The notes beneath the pieces are model-generated. The model was not told the origin of the DNA. It made no database searches and saw nothing but the letters and a program-made list of their open reading frames with translations. From Pavona decussata (lineage: Eukaryota): 64,000 nt of DNA. Positions 1 to 10,180 of the stretch are shown here, piece by piece. The stretch lies in NCBI GenBank assembly GCA_977016875.1, contig CDRNST010000038.1:3100001-3164000 (forward strand), written 5' to 3'. Positions within the stretch are counted from its first letter, which is position 1, and every line of letters starts with the position of its first letter. The translations under genes were made by a program, and so were the position numbers.

Positions 1-1367
1 GAATTAATTGATAACTCCCGGGATAACTGTATGAAGGTTAAAATTATCCACTATCAGTCACTTACCGATTGGAAAACTTATCAGGTGCCATCGAACAGTA
101 CATAAATGCAAGAAAGGATAAATTCTGGATAATGACGTGCCAAATCCATTCGCGATGAGTGTCTATTTCACAACAACCATTTGACTTAGCATTTGTAAAC
201 AAACGAAGAAGCTGAAATGTGCCAGGCGTCCAGACTAGCTAAAGCTCGTTCTGATTCATACATACATTGAATTCAGTTTCTTGCCGCAAATCTTCATTGC
301 CAAAATGTTTCCTGTAATTGACCTTTAAGTAGAAATGCAATTCTACGGACATCTTTTCCACTGCGACTGGAAATAATTCCAAAATCTCTTAAAATAAATC
401 CAGGAATTCACAAGTTGCATGCGTTTGAAAGAAGTGTGGGCACTGGGAACAAATAGAGATGAAGAAATGCATGCTGGGACGATCGTTTTCAAAATGGCGG
501 TACCAATGCATGCTTTCAAGGTTTGTCTACATTTTTGTGAATTTGTTATGCGTTCCTTGTTCTGTTATATTGTCATCAGTTGAACGGTATATGTTTTCTT
601 TTCAACAGGTAAAACGCTACAGAAGGAGGCGTACCAACATTTTTATAGATGGATTTCTGGCTTGAAGCCGGTATGAATTTGGCAACGACGGCCATCAAGC
701 AAGTGGAATTTGGCATGGAGGAATTCAGCAAAACTCCTGACTCTGACATCCTTGACCTAGTTAAATGGAAATCATTAGGCTATATTTGAGTGATTTTTGA
801 TATTCTTTACATATTTATTACCGATCAGTACTCTTGTTTAATAGATGAGTTATGTATCAAAAAATTCCAGATGTGATCACTTGTGGGCATAATGTGCATC
901 ATGTCAAATGTTTCGGGGATGATCACCCATGGAGTTTCCTGATACATAATGCTTGCATCATAACAATCCAGGCAATATTTTATTTCCTTTCTTGAACACA
1001 TTTTGTTAAGTCTATGCTTTTTAGTTAAGGTCATATTGAAGGCCTTTCTGGGCCTGAACTGGGGTGTCTGTACTAAGGACTTGAAATCTTTGTGATGATG
1101 AAGCTTGGGTAATTTGTCAGTAATCTTAACAGCTATATGCATTTTAAGGCTTGGTTCCCTGATTGGTAGATTACAATAAATCATTCACAGGCCCATCACA
1201 GAACATCCTGTTTGCCTTTAAGGTTAAGGGTTCCATATCCATGTGGGACCTAAACAAGGCAAATTAATTGTATATGTCCACTGTGGTACATTAATAGGCC
1301 TAACTATACATGGGCAACAGTCTAGCTGGCTAGCTTACTCACTGCACCTTATGTGAAAAATTCTCAT

Positions 1368-1500
1368 TAAGTCGCCCAAAATCGCCTTATATCGCCTTAA
1401 GTCGCTTAAAATCGCTTCAATTTTACAGTGTGTTTTGCTCAAGTCGCCTTAAATCGCCTTAAATCGCCCTAAGTCGCCCAAAGTTATGGCGACTTAAGGT
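1368..1500. repeat. Short ~10-bp tandem repeats (AA(G/A)TCGCCTTA-like), two clusters
   Basis: aagtcgcccaa/aatcgcctta/tatcgcctta/agtcgcttaa at 1368-1420 and again at 1441-1482, then an inverted copy (ggcgacttaa). Confidence 0.7.
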
Positions 1501-1539
1501 CCCAGAGTAGGCCTAAGTCAATACAAAGCTACTTACAAA

Positions 1540-2215
1540 GACATGCACCACCTTCACAGCAATCAAGAAGAAGCTGATACGAAGTTATTGCTGCATACTT
1601 TGGATGCAACAGCCTCAGGTGCTAGCAGAATCCGCATTCATTCTCCAGACACGGATGTTTTTTTCTGTCTCTAAGGCGTTATGAAGAATTGTGTGAGCAT
1701 ACAGCTTTCGTAAGTGGACTAGGAAATAGGCGTTGAGTCACTCCACTACGATCAATCGTTGAAGCACTTGGTCCTGACAGAACAACAACCTTGCCGGGAT
1801 TCCATGCGCTAAGTGGAGCAGACAACAGGAAAAGGCAAGCAAAAACATTCCAGGAAGCAGGTCTAGAAGTTATCACTGCCCTTGCAGATCTTAACACAAA
1901 TGAAAAACCGACTAAAGCTACCGAGGCTGCCCTTGAGCACTTCGTCTGCCAATTGTATGTACCTAATACAGTGATTACCCAAGTCAATGATGCTAGGTGG
2001 TGGTTGTTCAGGATAAAGCAGGCGCAGTCTGACAGATTACCCACTACCAAGGCTGCTCTACACGAAGTATTAATGAGAGCACAGCACCAAGCTATGGTAT
2101 GGAACAATGACAAAGTAGCCAACCCTGAATTACCATCGCCGGAAGATTACGGTTAGATGATGGAAGATAACGAATGGTTACCGGTGATGACAAGACTGCC
2201 TGCAGCAAAACCAAT
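1540..2215 (+). pseudogene. Decayed transposon-associated ORF fragment (PIN/FEN1-like nuclease motif family)
   Basis: Across stops and frameshifts reads HSNQEEADTKLLLH...HSPDTDVF...LPGFHALSGAD...LPTTKAAL...RAQHQAMVW...PSPEDYG*. The EEADT/DTDV/FHAxxGxD motif series marks a repetitive family common in invertebrate genomes. ORF 1791..2156 is the longest piece. Confidence 0.6.
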
Positions 2216-2424
2216 TGTTATCGCTGGTTGGGACCATCTGGTCTTGGTTGAATAACAGTCGTAAAAATCTTTACAGCACACTGTAAAGTAAGGCGTGACT
2301 TGAGTGATACTCGTAGAAAAGGATGTAGAAAAGATGTAGAATGGAGTAGAATAGTCTTAGATTACTTGTAGAGTAGACGTAGAATGGAACTGAATAGTTG
2401 TAGAATTGTCGTCGAGTGTCTTAC
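2216..2424. mobile_element. Possible solo LTR remnant
   Basis: TGTTA...TTACA ends and internal (GTAGAA)-like repeats; it begins where the upstream pseudo-ORF stops. No matching target duplication. Confidence 0.3.
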
Positions 2425-2659
2425 ACCCTTAAAAAAAGAAGTTTCACTATCTTTAATAAGCTTTACTTCTTCTTCCTTTTTCAAGAAAACAATTCTTTTC
2501 CTTACTCCTGTTCTACCGTCGACTTATAATCCATAAAACAAGCTAAATAATAACACTGAAAACAACTAGGAGAAATGTGCGCACTGGCTTATATATGTAG
2601 CTTAAGAAAAGCATGGATCCCCAAAGAAAACATTAAAGCAAAACACTTTTTAAAATTTT

Positions 2660-3772
2660 TGTCTGTTGTGTTTCCAGATGATTGGGTGGCCGTCTAAAGA
2701 CAAATTTGCTAAGTTTGATCTTTTCGAATGCTTTAGCTGAAAATTTAAGTCACAGAAAATTTAAGTAAACAGAATTTGATTTCACGAATGTACGAACTGT
2801 TGTCGGCCTTACGAAAATGCTACCTGGTCAAATGCTTCGCATTTTAATCGAGATATTCGTCTCTCTGCAAACGAAAGGAACTAGTGCGCCAGTGTTACGA
2901 AATTGGGAGCTGTCATTTTAATTTCCCGAAGAAAACTTTAGACTTTCTTTACGACTAAATTCGTGAAATTCTGAGGCGATTAAGGCCATCCATGCAAAGA
3001 TATATCCACCACAATGAACCGTTAGGAGCCCCTGCTTTAATAAAAAGGAAATACTTGACTTATAGGTTTTGCTCTTTGTCGTCCACAGGGAAATTTAAGC
3101 CAAGGATCAGTTAACTTTGTGGGGCCATTAAGGGATTATCAGAGTTCCTTGTTGGGTCTTTTACACACATAATGTCGTTTTGAACCTTAGGATTGACAAT
3201 ATCATTAAACAAAAATGAATGTTAACTTAGGATACAGCACAGGTTCATGCCCGATCAATTTATTACGTGTCCATGTACGATATACCATTCGAAAGGTCTC
3301 TATCAGGGCATTTCACAGTAAATCTTACTGACTCAAACAAGGTTTCGCTTTGAGAGAAATTGGCTCAACCGTCAAGAGAAATACTTCAACTTAATAGTAT
3401 CACACAGTAGCTTGATGTTGCATCTTCAGGGCGCAGAAAGATAAAAACGGTCAGAAATCTTTTAAAAGAAATCGGTTCATTTTATTAAAACCTGGATCAT
3501 TGGTTCCTTGGTCGTTTTTAATAAAACAGTTATTCAAGTCGTGTCTGTCAGACATGGGGTGACTACGGCATATCTAACATCTTATATCTACCGCGCGCTC
3601 CTGGAATATTTGTTGACTGTAGCATAACCAAAGGCAAGAGGGTTAATATTCTTTAGTCCATGCAATGAGCGAGTTATAGCGTGCGAACAGATAAACGTTT
3701 AACAATACTTTATATTTACTGAGATCGCTCAACGAATCGATCTTTAGCCTTACGAAAAAAGCCCACGATTTG
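2660..3772 (+). repeat. Partial copy of the ~3.1-kb tandem unit (left of the Gypsy insertion)
   Basis: Colinear with 30340-31424 (e.g. gaaatttaagccaaggatcagttaactttgtgg; tagcataaccaaaggcaagagggttaatattc). The unit resumes at 28269. Confidence 0.85.
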
Positions 3773-3920
3773 TGTAGCGTAGGGCCTGAGCCCGAGTTAG
3801 CTCGGGCATGCGTTGTAAGTTGTGACGCGAACATGCTTGTAGTCGAGGTTTCATGTTGTGTTTGAAACTTATGTACGATAAACTGTTTTTGAGACTAGTT
3901 GTGTCTTTAGTAGTGTTACA
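3773..3920 (+). repeat. 5' LTR (148 bp)
   Basis: tgtagcgtagggcc...tagtagtgttaca; 8 mismatches to the 3' LTR by manual comparison. Confidence 0.95.
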
Positions 3921-3922
3921 TT

Positions 3923-3940
3923 TGGTGGCAGTGGTGGGAT
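3923..3940 (+). promoter_or_regulatory. Primer-binding site, tRNA-Leu type
   Basis: TGGTGGCAGTGGTGGGAT 2 nt after the LTR; complementary to a tRNA-Leu 3' end (ATCCCACC(G/A)CTGCCACCA). Confidence 0.8.
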
Positions 3941-3945
3941 CTGTA

Positions 3946-4484
3946 ATGATGGAAGCAACTGTGAAAGCTTTGGAGACGAAAGTGGCCCAGTTGGAAGCTA
4001 ACCTTGCGAAGAAAGGCGAAACAGCGTCCAGTTCGCGCGGCTCCGCGAGTTCACCGATCGTTTTGGCGGATCATTTTCTTCGCATTAAACCCGAAACTTT
4101 CTCAACTGCTTCAGGGGAAAACTGGCTAATATGGTTGCGAAAATTTAAAAACATTGCTTCGTTGAATAAATGGAAAGCCGAGCTTCGATGTCAAATTTTG
4201 CCAGCTTACCTGAAAGGCCTCGCCGAGCAGACATACCACAGTCGTACTGCCGAACAAACATCCACATGGGAGGTTCTTGAACGCACTCTGACAGATCGTT
4301 TTCATCCCAAAGAATCACAACAAGTGCACATTTCCACTCTGCGAGCTATGGTACGCCGACCTGACGAGGATTTACATCAATTGCGATGCGAAATTTCCTG
4401 CCTAGTCGAGCTGGCATATTCCGACGACCCGCCAGCTATACTTGATCGTACAGCAAGAGATTTGTTCATTGGCGCTTTAACTAC
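3946..4484 (+). pseudogene. gag: Gypsy gag, 5' part (capsid-like), cut by the Polinton
   Basis: MMEATVKALE...IKPETFS...WLIWLRKF...LPAYLKGLA...LTDRFHP...RDLFIGALT. The frame resumes after 23838. Confidence 0.85.
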
Positions 4485-4749
4485 AGTAGTCTATCCGGAA
4501 TGCTTGGGAGAATTTTATTCATATATGCAGCAGCCCTGATTTAATGAGGTTGTCCCCTAAAACCATCGAATGAGTTGACATGACGTAAGGTAGATATAGG
4601 AGAGGCGTGTAATGAGATGCAAGCGTTCTAGGTATAGGAGAGGGGTGTAATGAGATGCAAGTGTATGTATGCTTTGGAGTTTAGTATTGTTGATTATTAA
4701 GCGTACTGTGCTCTGGTAGTACGATTCCGCCCAACCAGCCGGGTAGTAC
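4485..4749 (+). repeat. Polinton left terminal inverted repeat (~265 bp)
   Basis: Reverse complement of 23524-23832; two copies of a ~38-bp subrepeat (taggagagg.gtgtaatgagatgcaag). Confidence 0.95.
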
Positions 4750-5022
4750 ATCAAATATATAGGGAAAGAACAATGGGTGTGCTAAGAACCAATGAGAGAT
4801 CACTGACGGAAATTATTGAACGGGTCAAACTGGTTTTGAGACCGGTTGGATTTGAGGATTCAAAATGGTGGGTTTGTAACGAAATACCAAACAAAGCATT
4901 TTCCAGTGAATAAATAACAAACTTTATTGTGAAAAGGCAAAAAAGTTTACAATCGAATGCGATCCTCATTAACATTACAAATAAACTTGAATGTTCTGTG
5001 ATGCAGTTAACATAATGAGTGT

Positions 5023-5481
5023 TCAGTGATGCCACTTTTCCGAAAAGCCAAATTGTCTTTGTAGCCTTGGTCTTGGATTGTAGCTGGGCGTGTCCACTTG
5101 GGAGAAGTCATCTTCTTTAGGACAATACATTGGACAATGTTTTTGAGAAAAATCTACAGGTAGTTCATCAGCCCATTGGAAGAATCTGCACATTTCTTTT
5201 CTCCTGCAGGTAAAGTAGGGCCGAGATGGGTTCTTCTGAGATCTTGACACTTTTAATGTCGCAACATCCATGTGTCTGCAATAAGGCAACTGTCCTCCTT
5301 CATGTACTTTGTAGTCAGGTATCACACGATCTGTAATACACTGTTGATATGAATGTATACTATCTTCGCGGCAGAAGAAGGGACATAACTTCCAGTCCAC
5401 ACATCGAATGTAAGGTATACCAGAAGCGGGTTTGATCACTTCAAGGTCTTTAAGGCAGAGTCCACACTTTGAGTAACTCAT
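5023..5481 (-). CDS. Polinton accessory protein with GRF-type zinc finger
   Basis: CRHMDVATLKVSRSQKNPSRPYFTCRRKEMCRFFQWAD fits zf-GRF (CxH...NPGRxFxxC....CxFFxWxD); second Cys cluster at the N-terminus; TATA-like TTTATAAA at 5548-5555. Confidence 0.75.
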   Translation of the reverse strand: MSYSKCGLCLKDLEVIKPASGIPYIRCVDWKLCPFFCREDSIHSYQQCITDRVIPDYKVHEGGQLPYCRHMDVATLKVSRSQKNPSRPYFTCRRKEMCRFFQWADELPVDFSQKHCPMYCPKEDDFSQVDTPSYNPRPRLQRQFGFSEKWHH

Positions 5482-5590
5482 CTTGAAAATGTGTTTCTTG
5501 AGAGCAGCCAGTTAAAAGTGATGTGCGATGATCACAGTCACAGTTACTTTATAAAGTTTTTAAAAACAAAAAATTCAAAAAACCAGTTTA

Positions 5591-5933
5591 CTACCGGTCA
5601 ACCTCATTAATGCCGTTGATCATCAAGTCTAACCAGTACCAACAGGTTTGACAAAACTGGTCAGGTTGCAAAATGACTTTGATGATTTTTTCTATTTCTT
5701 CTTCCAGACTGATTTCATCGATCCAGTCTTGATGATATGCGTCTGTTCGGTATTTATCCTGAGTATTCAATAAATTCTCTAAACACATTGTCAGCTTTCG
5801 ATTGTCTTGGATAAAGTTGGCTCCTTTTTTCTGAATTTCATTATGTACCAGGAAGGCTAAACAATTCCAGTAGGCGTGCTTTATCTTGTCAACACAGTCA
5901 TTGCAATGATCTTCAGTGATGTTTGGAACCATC
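5591..5933 (-). CDS. Polinton accessory hypothetical protein (CxxC...CxxC)
   Basis: Probable start MVPNITEDHCNDC...FCQTCWYW. The ORF-track extension to 6040 only reads through the TA repeat and Penelope end. Confidence 0.55.
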
Positions 5934-6091
5934 GTGTAGAGTGAATAGCGATGAATGAAAGCACACTCGGCTTCGTCGTTGTATATATATATATATATAT
6001 ATACCAGTTGATATGCACGCCTGTTGGCAAGAGTGCTCAATAGTAGGACTAGAGCGTTAATAATCGAGATGTTGAATCAACTATGGATTCG

Positions 6092-6093
<2 letters not shown>

Positions 6094-6123
<30 letters not shown>

Positions 6124-6162
6124 CGCACAACATGTACGGCACTCCTCAGATAAAATAGCCAA
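6094..6162 (-). ncRNA. Type I hammerhead ribozyme (Penelope 3' UTR copy)
   Basis: Exact reverse complement of 8991-9059. Confidence 0.88.
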
Positions 6163-6232
6163 AACTGTTAAAATACCGTTACAACGTAAGCTGATATAAG
6201 CGCGCGCGGCAAAATTTGAATTCAATTAGATG

Positions 6233-7695
6233 CTACTGCGTGGCAACGGGTGGTTTAAATTTGCTTAGGAGAAATTTGTTCGAATGCCTACATGAAGTCA
6301 CCAGTTCATTGCGTTTGTTCAGGCTCGCAAGGTCTGATCTACAAATAATGAAATACTTCTCCCACAAGCACAGATTGCAACGATTCGAAGAGGGATTAAA
6401 AGGCGCAGCTTGCTTTAAAATCTTCCAAGTAATACTAAAATCTAAACCGGCGTCTTTTAAATGCCAAACGTGTTTGCTTAGTTCTGTACTGAGCCTCTTG
6501 TTCGCGTCGCGGAATGATGACATATGATTCGCGAATCTAGTTTTAAAAGAGTTCTCAGTAAGTCCTACGTACGATTGGGCCGGCCTGTTGTCTTCGGTGG
6601 TAACTATTGCCTGATAAACCACGGATGGTTTAAGGCAATTCCCGGCCATAGGGCAGTCGTTTGGTTGCCGGCAGTTGCATGCTCGAGATGGGATGTTCCT
6701 GCTTCGAAGGATGGATTTATTATGCCCATCAATTTCTGCTTTAGGTTGGGCATGCAACTGTAACTGATCTTAACGGTGTTCCGGTTGAAAATCTTGTGCA
6801 AGGGGTGGTTCTTCGGAAATTCCTCGTCCAAAATCTTAAGGAATGACCGTCCAACATTAGTAGCAACGTTCCTGCTAAAAGGAGGGTTGTACCAAGTGAT
6901 GTCTCTGCGGCGGTTCCTTCTTGCGGAGTTCGTGATCTGCGCGGTAGGTGGTGAGAACGTAAGGCGGTGGTTGTACCCGCTCTCATCAAGGGCTTTCTGG
7001 TAAAGAGGTGCTGCTTCGTTAAATGAATGTGCATCAAATGAAATTTCGGACAGCCGTCTGTTGATGGACTTCGGGAGATTTTCGATTATGCGTGGAGGAT
7101 GGTGAGACTTCTTGTGAACGTAGAGTGGGATGTTTCCTGGTTTGGTGTAAGGCATGTATTTACCGTTTGTGAGGTTGAGCGTGACGTCGAGGAAGTTGAC
7201 TATTTGTTTGTTGGCCTCGATTGTAATTTTCAGTCCAAACTTGCCGAAGATGTTGCATAATTCTTTCTTGATCATTTCAGTGTGCCTGGGTGATGCTCTC
7301 GTTACTCCGAGGCCGTCGTCTCTATACAAGCCAAAATTGCATGCGTTGCCAAACTGTTCTTGGATGTTGTTGAGGAGGTAAGCGCCAACAAGCTCGCAGG
7401 TCTCGGCCCCATCGTAGCTACCCATGGTGACATCAAACAAGTTTGATGACGTTTTCTTGCTCCATGGCTCACCAGCATTGTAGAGGAGGGAACTTTTCGC
7501 CTGACGGATGATATATCTGTCTTCGTCGCTAATGGTGACGTGTTTCGATGCAAATTCGAGAGCAGCATCTAGCAACTCGACGGAGATCGAGGGGTAAAAT
7601 TCTACCACGTCAAATGCGATGAATGAGCTCGAATCTTTATGCCGTATATCATTGAACCAAGATAATACAGCCTTGGTGTTTTTCCACTGGTTCAA
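6233..7695 (-). pseudogene. Penelope RT core + GIY-YIG endonuclease (1-nt frameshift near 6735)
   Basis: ORF 6604..7743 from LNQWKNT onward joins ORF 6233..6757 at KQK/IDGHNK if one A is restored. Confidence 0.9.
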
Positions 7696-7812
7696 CATCT
7701 CGATTATTAACGCTCTAGTCCTACTATTGAGCACTCTTGCCAACAGGCGTGCATATCAACTGGTATATTGAAGCTCCTTTGATGTTGAGCACTCTACGCA
7801 ACGACTGTTACA

Positions 7813-8426
7813 ATGGAATCAACAAAATTCGACAGCTCCACCAAGAACATCCCGATACCATCTGAGAACGATTACCAACGTAAGCTGATTGAAAAAACAG
7901 AGCACCTATGCAGGCGTATGAGATGGAAAGCATTTTTCTACCTCAATCCTAGCGCTGACGGCACTCAGAAAGAAACGTTTGGATTCCCATCTAGAAAATC
8001 ACCTCCACCAATACCGGCGATGCTCAATTTTGAGAAGAGGCTACTTCACATGATAGAAAACATCAAATTCCGGAAAGTAACGTGTATGTTTCAGCAAAAG
8101 CTTTCGTCAGATGTTTATAACAATATCAAGACAGCTGACAAGCTCTTAGTACCCGCAGACAAGACTTCAAACTTCTACAAAATGGACACACAATCATATA
8201 CTGAACTTCTCCAAAAAAACATCTCTAAGAACTACAAGAAAGTGCCCCCGGGTATAACTAACTCCATAGAAGCAGGAGCCAAAACCATCGCTAAGAAACT
8301 GCACCTCGATGACAGGATTAACACCACCGCCAAACGTGAAGCTTTCATAACTCTTAAGGACCACAAGCCTAACTTCGCAAACAATCCCACATGCCGCCTT
8401 ATCAATCCAGCTAAGTCGGAGATTGG
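7813..8426 (+). pseudogene. Penelope ORF N-terminal part, inverted relative to the RT core
   Basis: MESTKFDSSTKNIPIPS...RRMRWKAFF...PADKTSNFY...FITLKDHKPNF...CRLINPAKSEIG; preceded by the element's leader 7691-7812. Confidence 0.88.
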
Positions 8427-8459
8427 CCCATCTCCGACTTAGCTGTCCCATCTCGAGCT

Positions 8460-9029
8460 TCCCATCTCGAGCATGCAACTGCCGGCAACCAAACGACTGC
8501 CCTATGGCCGGGAATTGCCTTAAACCATCCGTGGTTTATCAGGCAATAGTTACCACCGAAGACAACAGGCCGGCCCAATCGTACGTAGGACTTACTGAGA
8601 ACTCTTTTAAAACTAGATTCGCGAATCATATGTCATCATTCCGCGACGCGAACAAGAGGCTCAGTACAGAACTAAGCAAACACGTTTGGCATTTAAAAGA
8701 CGCCGGTTTAGATTTTAGTATTACTTGGAAGATTTTAAAGCAAGCTGCGCCTTTTAATCCCTCTTCGAATCGTTGCAATCTGTGCTTGTGGGAGAAGTAT
8801 TTCATTATTTGTAGATCAGACCTTGCGAGCCTGAACAAACGCAATGAACTGGTGACTTCATGTAGGCATTCGAACAAATTTCTCCTAAGCAAATTTAAAC
8901 CACCCGTTGCCACGCAGTAGCATCTAATTGAATTCAAATTTTGCCGCGCGCGCTTATATCAGCTTACGTTGTAACGGTATTTTAACAGTTTTGGCTATTT
9001 TATCTGAGGAGTGCCGTACATGTTGTGCG

Positions 9030-9061
<32 letters not shown>

Positions 9062-9088
9062 CGAATCCATAGTTGATTCAACATCTCG

Positions 9089-9093
<5 letters not shown>
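8460..9093 (+). repeat. Penelope pseudo-LTR (GIY-YIG 3' part + 3' UTR); 634-bp inverted repeat of 6060-6693
   Basis: Same translation as ORF 6233..6757 from PSRACNC; end coordinates sum to 15153 on both sides, so no net indel. Confidence 0.92.
8991..9059 (+). ncRNA. Type I hammerhead ribozyme
   Basis: Stem I ttggc(t)attttat/ataaaatgccaa; core CTGAGGA (9004-9010); stem II gtgccgtac-atgtt-gtgcggtac; GAAA; minimal stem III cta-aa-tag; cleavage triplet GTA (9045-9047). Confidence 0.9.
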
Positions 9094-9123
<30 letters not shown>

Positions 9124-9152
9124 TCGCTGAATTAGAAACTGGTTTTTCTAGT

Positions 9153-9707
9153 TTAGTAAGGCTCCCATTGTCTATTGCTACGTAGTCTTGTCACCACGGG
9201 TGTTCTTGGCTTGTAACGACGTTTTCCCGTCTTACGCTTGGAATCTGGTGGCGTTTCCATCATTATCGCTTGCGCTGATTCTTCAGGCAAAACGAAAGTT
9301 GGTGTTTCATTCCTAACAGGAATTTTCGACTGTCTAGAGGTCACAGGTGTGGTCGGCAATTTTCTCAGTGTACCTCTGTTTGGCTTTACTTCAGGTGTCG
9401 AAGTTAGATTATTCTTGTCAGGAGTTTTTTCTGTCAGAGGTGTTGGTTGTGACTTAGGTAGGATCACAGCTGGTGCTACGGTCACTTCATTTTTCATTTG
9501 TTTTGTTAATCCTTGATACCTTTGAAGAAGTTGATCGAGCAATAAGACTTTTTGATCTTCTGGTAAGGAGGAGTCCATGATGTTTTTCATCTCTTGGTCT
9601 AATCGTGTCAAAGTCTTGAGCTGGGTAGGAGCCGTTAATCGATGTTCTGTTTCCATACTTTGCAATAAATGTTCGGGTATCATCACCATCTTTTGTGTGT
9701 GCTTCAT
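9153..9707 (-). CDS. Polinton hypothetical protein (helical N-terminus, Pro/Thr/basic tail)
   Basis: KMVMIPE...LTRLDQEMKNIM...LPEDQKVLL..QLLQRY...WEPY, a pattern seen in Polinton core ORFs; overlaps the upstream stop (ATGA). Confidence 0.7.
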   Translation of the reverse strand: MKHTQKMVMIPEHLLQSMETEHRLTAPTQLKTLTRLDQEMKNIMDSSLPEDQKVLLLDQLLQRYQGLTKQMKNEVTVAPAVILPKSQPTPLTEKTPDKNNLTSTPEVKPNRGTLRKLPTTPVTSRQSKIPVRNETPTFVLPEESAQAIMMETPPDSKRKTGKRRYKPRTPVVTRLRSNRQWEPY

Positions 9708-10180
9708 TTGAAAACTTTTCCTAATAAATCGACCGCAAGAGGAGCAATCAAAGAGGCGAGAGCCGGTAAAAATCCTCCCTTTTGATTGAGCACGGCCTTT
9801 TTCCGTTGAAGACTTGGTTTCTTGCGAGTCAAATAGAGGAGCTTAGACTTGTGTGGTTTCAATCGCTTAAATGATGGAGTAGGTACCAACATGTTCCCTT
9901 TAAGGAGATTCAAAGCGACCTCGCTAATAGCTTCCATTTGCCCTTTGTTAGCATGTGCTATCATGTCTTTTCGTTGCTTTCCAGTACTCTTAAAACAACT
10001 GCACAGAAAAGTTAAATGTAGATTGACTTTTGAACGTTTGGGAATTTTTAAACGCCTTTTAGTTTCCGACTTTGCAGTCGTACCAGAACGCAAGACCATT
10101 TTTCCGCCACGTTGACTTTTTCTTCCACGTTTCGCTGTACGATGTGACTTGTGCGTCGTCATGATGTCAACTGAAATCAA
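9704..10180 (-). CDS. Polinton basic core-like protein
   Basis: K/R-rich; AISEVALNLLKGN; ends QKGGFLPALASLIAPLAVDLL (protease-site-like GG|F followed by a hydrophobic helix). Confidence 0.75.
   Translation of the reverse strand: MISVDIMTTHKSHRTAKRGRKSQRGGKMVLRSGTTAKSETKRRLKIPKRSKVNLHLTFLCSCFKSTGKQRKDMIAHANKGQMEAISEVALNLLKGNMLVPTPSFKRLKPHKSKLLYLTRKKPSLQRKKAVLNQKGGFLPALASLIAPLAVDLLGKVFK

Larger units (their letters stand above)
6004..9093. mobile_element. Penelope-like retroelement (RT + C-terminal GIY-YIG; Naiad-like by inference), internally inverted, inserted in (TA)n
   Basis: RT motifs [39 protein letters not shown]; GIY-YIG VVYQA...YVGLT...FKTRF.NH...CNLCLWEK; (TA)n flanks at 5982-6003 and 9091-9119. 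Confidence 0.93.

Noticed and set aside
4860-4900. FVTNPPF on the minus strand as an N6-adenine methyltransferase motif
   Set aside because: Followed directly by a stop, with no SAM-binding motif in frame. The NPPF in the Penelope ORF is a normal motif of that family.
7696-7743. [16 protein letters not shown] as the RT N-terminus (also ORF 5591..6040 extension and 3853 gag start)
   Set aside because: These read through antisense leader, TA repeat or LTR sequence across insertion junctions.
6233-8920. Selenocysteine recoding in the Penelope ORF
   Set aside because: No in-frame TGA in the recovered segments; the only lesion is a 1-nt frameshift.
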